A DNA stretch of 43,280 nucleotides from an uncultured Clostridia bacterium (GTDB lineage: Bacteria > Bacillota > Clostridia > TANB77 > CAG-508). Shown piece by piece: positions 21,901-30,389 of this stretch (position 1 is its first letter; each line of letters starts with the position of its first letter). Made by a program: the position numbers and the translations under genes. A model generated the notes under the pieces. The model was not told where the DNA came from and did not search any database. It saw nothing but the letters and a program-made list of their open reading frames with translations. The DNA is taken from contig CAUWGC010000015.1 of assembly GCA_963558405.1 (NCBI GenBank), positions 1 through 43,280 of the forward strand, read 5' to 3'.

Positions 21901-23329
21901 GTGTGATGTTTGGCAAAAGCTATTAAATACACAGGTAGGAATTGATGATGATATTTTTGAATTAGGTGCAGACTCTTTACTTGCTATAAAATTTAAGGTA
22001 GAATTATTATCAAATAATATAAACATTACATATGGAGACATTTTTAAATACCGTACTGTACGATTACTTGCAGATAATAGTAAAAATTCATATTCTGAAA
22101 ATATGGATACAAAAGATTTCTCACAAATAGATACTTTACTAGAAAAAAATAATGCTCGTTACATTAATAAAAATACTATTTGTACAAATAATAATGTATT
22201 GTTACTTGGATCTAACGGATTTGTAGGAATGCATATTCTAGATAGTTTATTAAAAAAAGATAATGGAAATATATATTGTATTGTAAGAGATAAAGATGGA
22301 ATTAAGGCAGAAAAAAGATTTTTAGATATACTACACTTTTACTTTGGTAGTAAGTGGGACTTTTATTTAAACCGTAGAATATTTGTTATATCTGGAAGTA
22401 TTGTAAGTGATAATTTCGGATTAGAAAGAACTGTTTACGAAAACTTAGCAAATAAAATTGATATTGTTATCAATGCAGCAGCAATAGTAAAACATTATGG
22501 AAATATTGAAAAATTCAAAAAAATAAATGTTGATTCTACTAGTAAAATTGTAGATTTTTGTAATAAATTCAAAAAAAGACTATTTCACATTTCCTCTCTT
22601 AGTGTTTCTGGTAATATGTCTTTAGACGGTGATTACACTTCAAGAAACGATATAGATGGTGAAAAAGTCAATTTTAGCGAAAAAAATTTATATATTGGTC
22701 AAAAATTAAATAATGACTATATTAAAAGTAAATTTGAAGCAGAAAAGATTATTTTAAAAAATATAATAGAACATGGTTTAGAATCTCAGATATTTCGTTT
22801 AGGTAATATTACTAGTCGTTTTTCTGATGGAGTATTTCAAATTAATCATACTGAAAATGCATTTTTAAACCGTATTAAATCTTTAAGCAAAATTCATGCA
22901 ATTCCAAATTACTTGTTAGATTCATATATTGAATTTACACCTGTAGATTGTTGTGCTGAAGCAATTGTTACTTTAATACAAAATTATAATAAAGAATTTT
23001 CGGTTTTCCATATATATGATTCAAATCACTTACTTATAAAAGATTTTGTTGAATTTTTAAACGAAAATAATATAAATTTAAATGTTTTGACAGACTCTGA
23101 ATTTGAAAAGCTAGTTGATAAAATATTGCAAAATAGTAATAAAGATATATTATCAGGAATTATTAACGACTTTGGCCCTAATAAAAAATTAGTATACACT
23201 TCTGATATACATATACTTTCAGAATTTACTAGAGCCGTTCTTTATTCCTTAGGTTTCAAATGGCCAGAGATAGATAGAACTTATATAAAAAAATATATAT
23301 CTTATTTACAATCTATAAATTATATTTAG
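15947..23329 (+). CDS. two-module NRPS, C-A-T-C-A-T-R (terminal reductase)
   Basis: C motifs HHLIADAW and HHSICDG; A motifs YTSGSTG.PKG and NGYGP(T/S)E twice; T motifs GGDSL and GADSL; R motifs GSNGFVG and YIKSK. Confidence 0.95.
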   Translation: MNSDTYNLTNPQKSIWLTEEFFKGTNINNISGNVLINEKVNFNLLEKAINIYVQKNEAIRTQITTNNQEVKQYIKDYSYFSIPLVLLNTKDDLNTFNKEIVKPIFSVIDSNLFRFTLIKFKDGSGGLNVTFHHLIADAWTMSLFIDEVMELYKNLLDKDTISYDLNPTYLDYIQSEENYIKSERYKKDANFWEETYSKEPEFAPIMNYSKNSPKTVEASRKTFTLNSTLYSKLLSYCKNKNLSIYTFLMSIYSIYLSKINNIKEPIIGTPILNRSNFKEKNTAGMYISTIPFKVAINSDYCFCDFLNDVNTTQLSIFRHQKYPYSELLNRIKNKYNLKENLYDIVISYQNARNNSNSFSIPYTTEWLFNQSIADSLEIHIYDMDNTGNLNIYYDYQNAKFTEEDIISIHERILNMISSVLNTPEILIKDIEITTPKEKEQILSVFNDTDFSFDKDQTLIEKFEQNVIKSPNKTALVFEGKSYSYKEVNEKANQIAHLLKEHYIESNQVVAIIMERSPFIVFSMIGILKAGAAYTLILPTLPQKRIEYMLRTADVKAILTNSSNLSNCYPGTIFLDQIVLSSYSTNNLEEKGSNEDNLSIMYTSGSTGIPKGVLLRRLGMLNLFYLYYTSMNLENLDNFLSICSISFDMFAVEVWLPLLGGKTLVFANSEEEKNPIFMKKLIIDNKIEFMLITSSKMDLLLTNNDTLKSVKAIQLGGEVLNPAFYEKVTKYTDARIFNGYGPTEATACTTTKEITDSNHINIGKPLCNTKVYICNNDINLCPIGIPGELLIGGIGVAKRYINNSEVTSKCFIKDPFGEGMLYRSGDIGFYNKDGEIEYIGRNDFQVKINGQRIELEEINNVLKQIDGIRNSITVIKEINSISTICSYYVCEREINPEIIKAILSKSLPYYMVPSHFICLEKMPLTANGKIDRKALPEIKITEEYIAPITDTEKKLCTIWEKLLSKSPISINSNFFTIGGDSLSAIRMLTQIENVFNTKILVKDIFEFNTIKSLASFIDKSDSTVNNNISISKAEKMDYYPLSSAQKRIYYSSSISGENSTVYNTPMIIRLDGNINVKKIEHCFKYLIERHITLRTYFDITNSGEVIQKTQDKINFSLSIEDGKNRSIYSIFNDFIKPFSMNVAPLMHVKLIKFSKKLNYIFIDLHHSICDGSSVSMLIKELSDIYSNISLTEEKINYIDFSVWENYCLNNNVFLESKNFWKNELSGDLPILSLPTSFKRPENRDFKGDRLFFAIGKMKTQEIKNLAIKLNTTPYIILLACYYILLYKYSGQEDIIVASPVSGRYREELKNVLGMFVNSIPIRESISGNLTVKDFIMNLSNHFLDCIEHQEYPFDEMVKDLNLKRDTSRNPIFDTMFVYQNDGIPNLSFNNVQASIVNFPNNISKFDISLEIIPKENTFSASFEYATSLFTKEFIEHFSKHYQVILSYVLEDISSNISSVPIISSIEKKKILAFNSTEKNYSKEETIENIFYNIVEKNPNAPAIIYENTSISYDKLNKLSNKVANFLISKKLNNRVIGILANRSPKLQIFMLGILKSGSSYLLIDPSLPKDRIEYMLTNAKSPFCFVEENVQKIDYETIYMNNNTINLCSDVNAISTSNNNDIFCVIYTSGSTGNPKGVALKRQGIVNMLLSYKTILHTDDCNNFLSISAVSFDMFIVENFIPLLSGKTVILSNEEEQKIPTYMSELILKENVDFLLTTPSRIELLLSSQTRNCLNNLKIIQLGGEVFTKTLYKSLREYTHSRIYNGYGPSEITACCSSKEVTSAEDISIGKPFCNTKIYICNKDKNICPIGLEGEICVAGDGVSLGYFNNDELTKKAFIPNPFGEGTLYCTGDIGKLNNKGELEYIGRNDFQIKIRGLRVELSEIEKKLLEIPEITNTAVIYVKNVSNPFIAAFYISSDPLLTTYIRNTLSSSLPLYMVPKYIIPLSSFPITSNGKVDKKSLANYNFDLEEKRIYVAPQTETQKIMCDVWQKLLNTQVGIDDDIFELGADSLLAIKFKVELLSNNINITYGDIFKYRTVRLLADNSKNSYSENMDTKDFSQIDTLLEKNNARYINKNTICTNNNVLLLGSNGFVGMHILDSLLKKDNGNIYCIVRDKDGIKAEKRFLDILHFYFGSKWDFYLNRRIFVISGSIVSDNFGLERTVYENLANKIDIVINAAAIVKHYGNIEKFKKINVDSTSKIVDFCNKFKKRLFHISSLSVSGNMSLDGDYTSRNDIDGEKVNFSEKNLYIGQKLNNDYIKSKFEAEKIILKNIIEHGLESQIFRLGNITSRFSDGVFQINHTENAFLNRIKSLSKIHAIPNYLLDSYIEFTPVDCCAEAIVTLIQNYNKEFSVFHIYDSNHLLIKDFVEFLNENNINLNVLTDSEFEKLVDKILQNSNKDILSGIINDFGPNKKLVYTSDIHILSEFTRAVLYSLGFKWPEIDRTYIKKYISYLQSINYI

Positions 23330-23340
23330 GAGGATTACAA

Positions 23341-25158
23341 ATGAAAAATTTACCCTATTTAATAGCAATGACTTTTTCTGAAATTATAATAGTTACTTTA
23401 TTTATAGCTATTTTAACTTCTAAAAGACAAAAAGGACAAATACAAAAAGCTTTTATGGCTTTAATTGGTTTTATGTTTATTTGGACTACATGTTTAATGC
23501 TTCAAATCATTTTACAATATACCAATATACCTCCTGTTAGATTTGAATGTTATGCTGCTTTTGGCGCATGCTTTGCGCCTTTAGCTTATCTTGCTATTGG
23601 TCTTATTTTTGAAAAAACAAAGATTAAATTTAAATGGTACTATCTTCTATTGTTAATTATACCAATTACTTCAATTGTTCTTTTATTTACAAATGATTAT
23701 CACCACTTATTTTATCAAAAATATTCTATATACATTCAAGATACTGTATTTGGTGCATACTTCCCAATACATTCAGTTTGTACATACGTTTTTTTAGCAA
23801 TTGGATTATTTCATTTATTAAGATATTCTATTTTAAATTCAGGATTTTTTTCAAAACAATGTGCATTACTAATAATTGGAATGTTAATACCAATATGTGT
23901 TAATGTTTTAGGATTATTTGGAATTCCTATGGCAGTTTATTTAATGCCAATTTCTTTTACTTTTACATTACTATTCTTTGTATTGGCAATATTTAAATTT
24001 AAATTTTTAACTATCACACCAATTGCTCTTCAAAAAGTTGTTGATAGAATTTCAGATAGTTATATAGTACTAAATTCAGAAAACATTATAATTGATTTTA
24101 ACAAAACTTTTTTATATACATTTGATATTTCTCCTGATAAAATAAGAAATCTAAACCTAATTGATATAATAAAAAATCATAATTTATTTGAATTAGATTC
24201 CGTTATATTAGAAGATACTCTTCAAAAAGTTAGAACAAATCCTACAACTTTTAAATTTCAAACTAATTTAAAAGATAAAAATAAATATTTTAATGTTGAA
24301 ATTACTGGTATATATTCTGATAAAGATTTTCTTGGAACTATTATTCTTTTTAAAGACACAACTCAACATATGTTGGATATGAGAACAATAAAAACAAACC
24401 AAGATATGTTAATGGAAAAAGAACGTCTTGCCTCTTTAGGTCAACTTATAGGAGGAATTGCTCATAACTTAAAAACCCCTATTATGTCCATTTCTGGTGC
24501 TGCAGAAGGATTAAAAGATTTGATTAAAGAGTATGATTTATCAATTAATGATCCCGAAGTAACAGCCGAAGATCATCATGCTATTGCAAAAGACATGTCA
24601 GATTGGATTTCTAAAATAAAAACACATGTATCTTATATGTCTGATGTTATTACTGCAGTTAAAGGGCAAGCTGTTACATTTTCCGAAGACACTGCCTCTA
24701 CATTTACTGTAGAAGAATTAGTAAAACAAGTAAATATATTAATGCGTCATGAATTAAAAAATGCTTTAATTGAATTAAATTTAATATTAGAGGTAAATCC
24801 AAAAACAGAATTAAGAGGAAATATTAATAGCTTAGTCCAGGTAATTAATAATATGATTTCTAATGCTATACAAGCTTACAATGGAAAACCTAATGAAACT
24901 ATAGATTTTATTATAGAAGAAAATACTGTAAATAATCAAATTATTATTTCTATTTGTGATAAAGGTTGTGGACTTCCAGAACAGGTAAAAGAAAAACTAT
25001 TTAAGGAAATGGTTACAACAAAAGGAAAAAATGGTACTGGTTTAGGTTTATTTATGTCTTACTCTAATATTCGTGCACATTTTAATGGAACTATTACTTT
25101 TGAATCCGAACAAGGGAAAGGAACTAACTTTCATATTATTTTACCTTTAATAAAATAA
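23341..25158 (+). CDS. sensor histidine kinase (N-terminal ~7-TM region, PAS-like linker, HisKA/HATPase)
   Basis: H-box IAHNLKTP, N-box NNMISNA, DKGCG, GTGLGL; starts 11 bp after the NRPS stop. Confidence 0.92.
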   Translation: MKNLPYLIAMTFSEIIIVTLFIAILTSKRQKGQIQKAFMALIGFMFIWTTCLMLQIILQYTNIPPVRFECYAAFGACFAPLAYLAIGLIFEKTKIKFKWYYLLLLIIPITSIVLLFTNDYHHLFYQKYSIYIQDTVFGAYFPIHSVCTYVFLAIGLFHLLRYSILNSGFFSKQCALLIIGMLIPICVNVLGLFGIPMAVYLMPISFTFTLLFFVLAIFKFKFLTITPIALQKVVDRISDSYIVLNSENIIIDFNKTFLYTFDISPDKIRNLNLIDIIKNHNLFELDSVILEDTLQKVRTNPTTFKFQTNLKDKNKYFNVEITGIYSDKDFLGTIILFKDTTQHMLDMRTIKTNQDMLMEKERLASLGQLIGGIAHNLKTPIMSISGAAEGLKDLIKEYDLSINDPEVTAEDHHAIAKDMSDWISKIKTHVSYMSDVITAVKGQAVTFSEDTASTFTVEELVKQVNILMRHELKNALIELNLILEVNPKTELRGNINSLVQVINNMISNAIQAYNGKPNETIDFIIEENTVNNQIIISICDKGCGLPEQVKEKLFKEMVTTKGKNGTGLGLFMSYSNIRAHFNGTITFESEQGKGTNFHIILPLIK

Positions 25159-25288
25159 TATAATATATCATATTTTTAAACAGTAGCTTTATAATATTTT
25201 TCTAATAGAAAAATATATGTATTTTATTGTCACTTTTTGTTGATTTTTTTCATAATTTTGATATAATCAGCTTAAGTAAAGATTTGAG

Positions 25289-26350
25289 GTGTTGAATTTG
25301 AGAAAAAACATGCAAACCGGAACTAATACCGGATATAAAATTATTGCAGTTGACGATGAACAAGGCATTTTAGATTCTTTATCTATTTTCTTAAAGCGCT
25401 CTGGATATGATTTTGTTGGTATAACTAATCCAGTTGAAGCAATTGACAGAATCAAAAATGAACATTTTGATTTAATGATATTAGATTTTATTATGACTCC
25501 AATACATGGAGATAAAGTAGTAGAAGAAATTCGTAAATTTAATGATGAATTATATATTTTATTGTTAACAGGTCATAAGGACTTAGCACCACCGTTAGAA
25601 ACAATACGTAGATTAGATATCCAAGGATACTGCGAAAAAAGCGATAAATTTGATCAATTACTATTACTTATTGAGTCAGGAATAAAATCTATAGAACAAA
25701 TGAATCTAATAAAAAATATAAATGATAAGTTAAAAAATACTAATGAAAAATTAGAACAATCTTATTTAGATACAATTCAAACATTAAGATATACTGTTGA
25801 AGTAAAAGACCCATATACAAGAGGTCACTCTGACCGTGTATCAGAATTTTCTGTTTTAATTGGAAAACATTTAGGATTACCTGAAGAACAGATAAATACT
25901 TTAAAAATTGGTGGGCTTTTCCATGATATTGGTAAAATTGGAGTTCCTGATAGTATTTTACTAAAGGAATCTAGATTAACTGATGATGAATATTCACAAA
26001 TAAAAAATCACCCAACAATTGGTTCACACATTTTATCTACTGCTACTATTTTTCAAGATATTATTCCAATTGTTAAACATCATCATGAACGTTATGACGG
26101 AAAAGGTTACCCTTCTAAACTTTCTGGAGAGAACATTCCTTATCTTGCACGTATTGTAGCAATTGCAGATACATTTGATGCAATGACTTCAAAAAGACCT
26201 TACCGTGACGCCCTTCCAATTGAAAAAGTAAAAGAAGAATTTATAAAAGGAATGGGAACACAATTTGACCCAAGTTTAGCCGATTTATTTTTAAAATTAT
26301 TAGAAAATAATTTTTCCGAAATACAAGAAATTATGGAAAAATATTATTAA
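25289..26350 (+). CDS. response regulator with HD-GYP phosphodiesterase output
   Basis: REC motifs AVDDE and ILDFIM; HDIGKIG and HHERYDGKGYP. Confidence 0.92.
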   Translation: MLNLRKNMQTGTNTGYKIIAVDDEQGILDSLSIFLKRSGYDFVGITNPVEAIDRIKNEHFDLMILDFIMTPIHGDKVVEEIRKFNDELYILLLTGHKDLAPPLETIRRLDIQGYCEKSDKFDQLLLLIESGIKSIEQMNLIKNINDKLKNTNEKLEQSYLDTIQTLRYTVEVKDPYTRGHSDRVSEFSVLIGKHLGLPEEQINTLKIGGLFHDIGKIGVPDSILLKESRLTDDEYSQIKNHPTIGSHILSTATIFQDIIPIVKHHHERYDGKGYPSKLSGENIPYLARIVAIADTFDAMTSKRPYRDALPIEKVKEEFIKGMGTQFDPSLADLFLKLLENNFSEIQEIMEKYY

Positions 26351-26395
26351 TATTTTTCCATTTTCATATAATTTATATAGAAAGGGGGATTTATT

Positions 26396-27217
26396 GTGGT
26401 TGCTTTTGATATTAGAAGAACTGCAAGAGAAAATTTAAAAGGAAAATGGGGTAAAGCTGCTTTAATTACATTTTGCTATGTAATTGTTCAGTTTTTAATG
26501 GGCTTTATATCTGGATTATTTTCTGGTATACCTATTTTAGCACTATTAATAAATATTGCTTATTACGTTATCTCAATTCCTTTAGGTTATGGCTTTTTAG
26601 TTTCTTTTATAAAACTAAAAAGAGGTGAAGCAGTAGAATGTTTTGATTTTATTACAATTGCTACTTCTAGCGTAAAACGTGCTTGGGGAGTTGTAGGTAA
26701 TATAATTTTAAAACTTTTACCTCTTGTTATAGCATTTATAATAATTACTATGTTATTTGCTTTTTCTTTTAGTTCTTTTATTTTTAGTTCTGCATATTCT
26801 GTTGTAAGAGGTTCTAGTTCTTCTGGTTTTGGTTTCTTGATGCCTATTTGTGCAATTGCATTTATAGTTGTATCAGTGTTATTCTTTACTAAATCTCTTT
26901 ACTACTCTTTATCATATTTTATATTATACGACCGTCCAGAACTTTCTGGTAAAGAGATAGTAGAAGAAAGTGCTAGATTAATGCAAGGAAACCGTTGGAA
27001 ACAAGTTTGGCTTTACTTAACATTTATTGGTTGGATTATTTTATCTGCATTTACACTTTACATTGGACTTTTATGGTTAATGCCTTATATTTTAATATCT
27101 TTTGTTATATTTTATGAAGACTTATCTAACCAATCAACACCTTTAGTACATAATTCAGATAATAATGATAATTCTGAAACAGATTCAAACGACCAAGGAC
27201 CAATAATTATTAATTAA
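26396..27217 (+). CDS. DUF975-family membrane protein
   Basis: ARENLKGKWG start, S..LMQGNRW, IGW..L...T..IG.LWL.PY pattern. Confidence 0.85.
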   Translation: MVAFDIRRTARENLKGKWGKAALITFCYVIVQFLMGFISGLFSGIPILALLINIAYYVISIPLGYGFLVSFIKLKRGEAVECFDFITIATSSVKRAWGVVGNIILKLLPLVIAFIIITMLFAFSFSSFIFSSAYSVVRGSSSSGFGFLMPICAIAFIVVSVLFFTKSLYYSLSYFILYDRPELSGKEIVEESARLMQGNRWKQVWLYLTFIGWIILSAFTLYIGLLWLMPYILISFVIFYEDLSNQSTPLVHNSDNNDNSETDSNDQGPIIIN

Positions 27218-27220
27218 GAT

Positions 27221-27257
27221 AAAAAATACTGACAAATTAAAATGTCAGTATTTTTTT
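27221..27257. terminator. bidirectional terminator
   Basis: AAAAAATACTGAC...GTCAGTATTTTTTT between convergent genes. Confidence 0.8.
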
Positions 27258-27258
27258 A

Positions 27259-29415
27259 TTATTCTTCTATTTTCATACTAAGACCAACTTTATGTCTTTC
27301 ATTATCTAATTTAATTACTTTTACTTTTACAATATCTCCTACCGAAACAATATCAGATGGATGTTTAATATATTTATTACTCATTTCAGAAATATGAACT
27401 AATCCATCATATTTAACTCCAACATCTACAAATGCTCCAAAATCTATTACATTTCTTACTGTACCAGTTAGTATCATACCTTCTCTTAAATCTTCAAATT
27501 TTAATACATCATTTCTTAAAATAGGTTTTGGCATATCTTCTCTTGGGTCTCTTCCTGGCTTAGAAAATTCTTTAATAATGTCTACAAGGGTCATCTCTCC
27601 TATTTCTAATTCTTCTGCTGTTTTTTGTACAGATAAAGAGTTTAATTTTGCTTTAATTTCTTGTACTTTTTCTTTTTCTAATAAATCTTCTTTTTTATAA
27701 CCAATTTTATTTAATAATTTTTCGGCTACTTCATAACTTTCTGGATGAACAGCTGTTATTTCTAAAGGATTATTTCCATCATAAATACGAATAAAACCTG
27801 CACATTGCTCAAATGCTACTTTTCCTAATTTAGGTACATTTAATAATTCTTTTCTATTTTTTAGTTTTCCATTTTCATCACGATATGTAACAATATTTTT
27901 TGCAATTTGTTTATTAATTCCAGATACATATGAAAGTAAAGAAGGAGTTGCGGTATTTACATCTACACCAACTGTATTTACGCTATCTTCTATAACATTT
28001 GTTAAACTTTGTTCCAAATTTTTTTGATTTACATCATGTTGATATTGACCTACTCCTATAGCTTTTGGATCTATTTTTACAAGTTCAGCTAAAGGATCTT
28101 GTAATCTTCTTGCTATAGAAATTGCACCTCTAATAGAAACATTAATATCTGGATATTCCTCTGTTGCAAGTTTTGAGGCAGAATAAACAGAAGCACCAGC
28201 TTCGCTAACTATAGTATAATGTACTTCTCTTTTTGCTTCTTTTAACATATCAGCAACAAATTGCTCTGACTCTCTTGATGCAGTTCCATTTCCTATAGAA
28301 ATCATATCAATTTTATCTTTTTCTATTAGTCTTAATAATTCTTTTTTTGCACCTTCCACATCATTTTGAGGCTCAGTTGGATAAACTGTTGTAGTATCTA
28401 GAACTTTTCCAGTTTCATCTATAACCGCTATTTTACATCCTGTACGATAAGCTGGGTCAAATCCCATTACTGTTAATCCCTTTAAAGGAGCAGCTAATAA
28501 AAGTTGCTTTGCATTTTTTCCAAATACTTTTATAGCTTGTTCTTCCGCTTTTTCTGTTAAGTCCGAACGTATTTCTCTATCTATTGATGGTTCTATTAAT
28601 CTTTTAAAACTATCTAAAATAGTTAATTTTAATTGTTCTTCAAAAGGTGAGTTTGTCTTAATTATATCTTTTTCTATTTCTTGTAATATTTTTTCTTCCG
28701 GCTTTTCAATCTTAACTTTTAAAACTTCTTCTTTTTCCCCTCTATTAATAGCAAGTATACGATGACTTGGAATACGATTTAGAGCTTCTTCATATTCATA
28801 ATACATTTCATAATTAGATTTTTCTTCTGCATTTTCTGCTTTTGTTACAATCATACCTTCTCTGTAACATGTTCTTTTAATTTGTTTACGGTATTCTGCA
28901 TTATCAGAAATATTTTCAGCAATAATATCTAATGCCCCTTGTATAGCTTCTTCTATTGTTGATACACCTTTTTCTTCATTTATATATTCTTTAGCAATCT
29001 CATCTAAAGGTCTTTTTTCTTGTTGCATATAAATGACATTTGCAAGTGGTTCTAATCCTTTTGCTTTTGCAATTGTAGCTCTTGTTTTTTTCTTTTGTTT
29101 ATATGGTCTATATAAATCTTCTACTTCTGCCAATGTATTTGATTCTACTATTTTATTTTTTAACTCATCAGTTAGCTTTCCTTGCTCCTCTATAATTCTA
29201 ATTACTTCTTCTTTTCTTGTTTCTAAGTTTCTTAAATAGTTTAATCTTTCTTCTAAATTTCTTAAAGTTTCATCACTTAATCCTCCTGTTACCTCTTTAC
29301 GATAACGAGCAATAAATGGAACTGTATTTCCTGCATCCATTAATTCTATTGCTGAAGATACTTGTCTTTCTTTAATTTTTAATTCTTCTGCTATTTTTTG
29401 AGCTATTGTTAACAT
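27259..29415 (-). CDS. tex: Tex family RNA-binding transcriptional accessory protein
   Basis: TVPFIARYRKE, DPAYRTGCK, IGVGQYQHD and a C-terminal S1 domain. Confidence 0.95.
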   Translation of the reverse strand: MLTIAQKIAEELKIKERQVSSAIELMDAGNTVPFIARYRKEVTGGLSDETLRNLEERLNYLRNLETRKEEVIRIIEEQGKLTDELKNKIVESNTLAEVEDLYRPYKQKKKTRATIAKAKGLEPLANVIYMQQEKRPLDEIAKEYINEEKGVSTIEEAIQGALDIIAENISDNAEYRKQIKRTCYREGMIVTKAENAEEKSNYEMYYEYEEALNRIPSHRILAINRGEKEEVLKVKIEKPEEKILQEIEKDIIKTNSPFEEQLKLTILDSFKRLIEPSIDREIRSDLTEKAEEQAIKVFGKNAKQLLLAAPLKGLTVMGFDPAYRTGCKIAVIDETGKVLDTTTVYPTEPQNDVEGAKKELLRLIEKDKIDMISIGNGTASRESEQFVADMLKEAKREVHYTIVSEAGASVYSASKLATEEYPDINVSIRGAISIARRLQDPLAELVKIDPKAIGVGQYQHDVNQKNLEQSLTNVIEDSVNTVGVDVNTATPSLLSYVSGINKQIAKNIVTYRDENGKLKNRKELLNVPKLGKVAFEQCAGFIRIYDGNNPLEITAVHPESYEVAEKLLNKIGYKKEDLLEKEKVQEIKAKLNSLSVQKTAEELEIGEMTLVDIIKEFSKPGRDPREDMPKPILRNDVLKFEDLREGMILTGTVRNVIDFGAFVDVGVKYDGLVHISEMSNKYIKHPSDIVSVGDIVKVKVIKLDNERHKVGLSMKIEE

Positions 29416-29463
29416 TATTTTATCCTTCCTTTTTACTTTTTCATCATTATATCATTATTTATA

Positions 29464-30323
29464 TTATATTATCAATTTTTTTATATTTTTAATTTCTTTT
29501 TTAGCAGTTTTATATCCTATCTCATATAATTCATCTATTTTCTTAGTATCTAATAAAGAAATATTATCTGTTTTTATTTTTAATAAAAAGTCTGCTCCTG
29601 AAAGTTCATAATCTGCAAGTTCTTTACAAAGAATATCTATAGAATTTGCAACAACATCAATAACATTAAATTCTTTTTCTTCTCTTGCTTCCTTTTCAAA
29701 TACAACATTTATAACCTTATCTACACCCATTTTTTTAATTCTTTCCATGGCGTATTTTCTCTAATTCCACCATCTATTAATTTTGTAGAATTATATGGAC
29801 AAGGAGAAAATATACCAGGATAACTACAACTTGCACGAACAGCTCTACCTATTTCAATACAAGATACATATTTTATTTCATTTGAATAATTTCTGCTTTC
29901 TTTTTGAGAAGTAAAAATATATACTTCTCCTGTATACAAATTTACACTTGGTATAATAAGTGGAAATTTTATATCGTTAATATTATAAATACCTTTTTTG
30001 TTACATTCTTTTCTTATTAATTTTTCAATTATTTCACCACTATTTAATCCATCTACTAAAAACTTTCCTTTTGTAATAGCTCTTTTAAAAAAATTAAAAA
30101 TATTTTTTGCATCAACATAATTTATTTTTTTTGAATATTTTTTAAAAATTCTTAAACATTCTTCTGCAGAGTATCCACTTGCATATAATGTAGCTACAAT
30201 GCTTCCTGAAGAAGTTCCAGAAATATATGAAAATTTTATATTTTCCTCTTCTAAAGCCTTAATTACTCCAATATGTGCAGCTCCTTTAACTCCTCCACCC
30301 GATAAACATAAACCTATTTTCAT
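29464..30323 (-). CDS. patatin-like phospholipase, split by one missing base in an A7 run (29730-29736)
   Basis: SGGGVKG, GTSSG, DGG; adding one A gives WKELKKMGVDKVI and joins the two ORFs. Confidence 0.85.
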
Positions 30324-30389
30324 AAAAAAATCACCTATTTATTTATATTCAAAAAATAATTTTTGGTGATTTTTTTACATTTATTATTG

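Noticed and set aside
15947-23329. AGG as a second frameshift-prone codon
   Set aside because: In-frame AGG codons occur in the intact NRPS (e.g. AAA AGG ATT, GAA AGG GAA) with no break.
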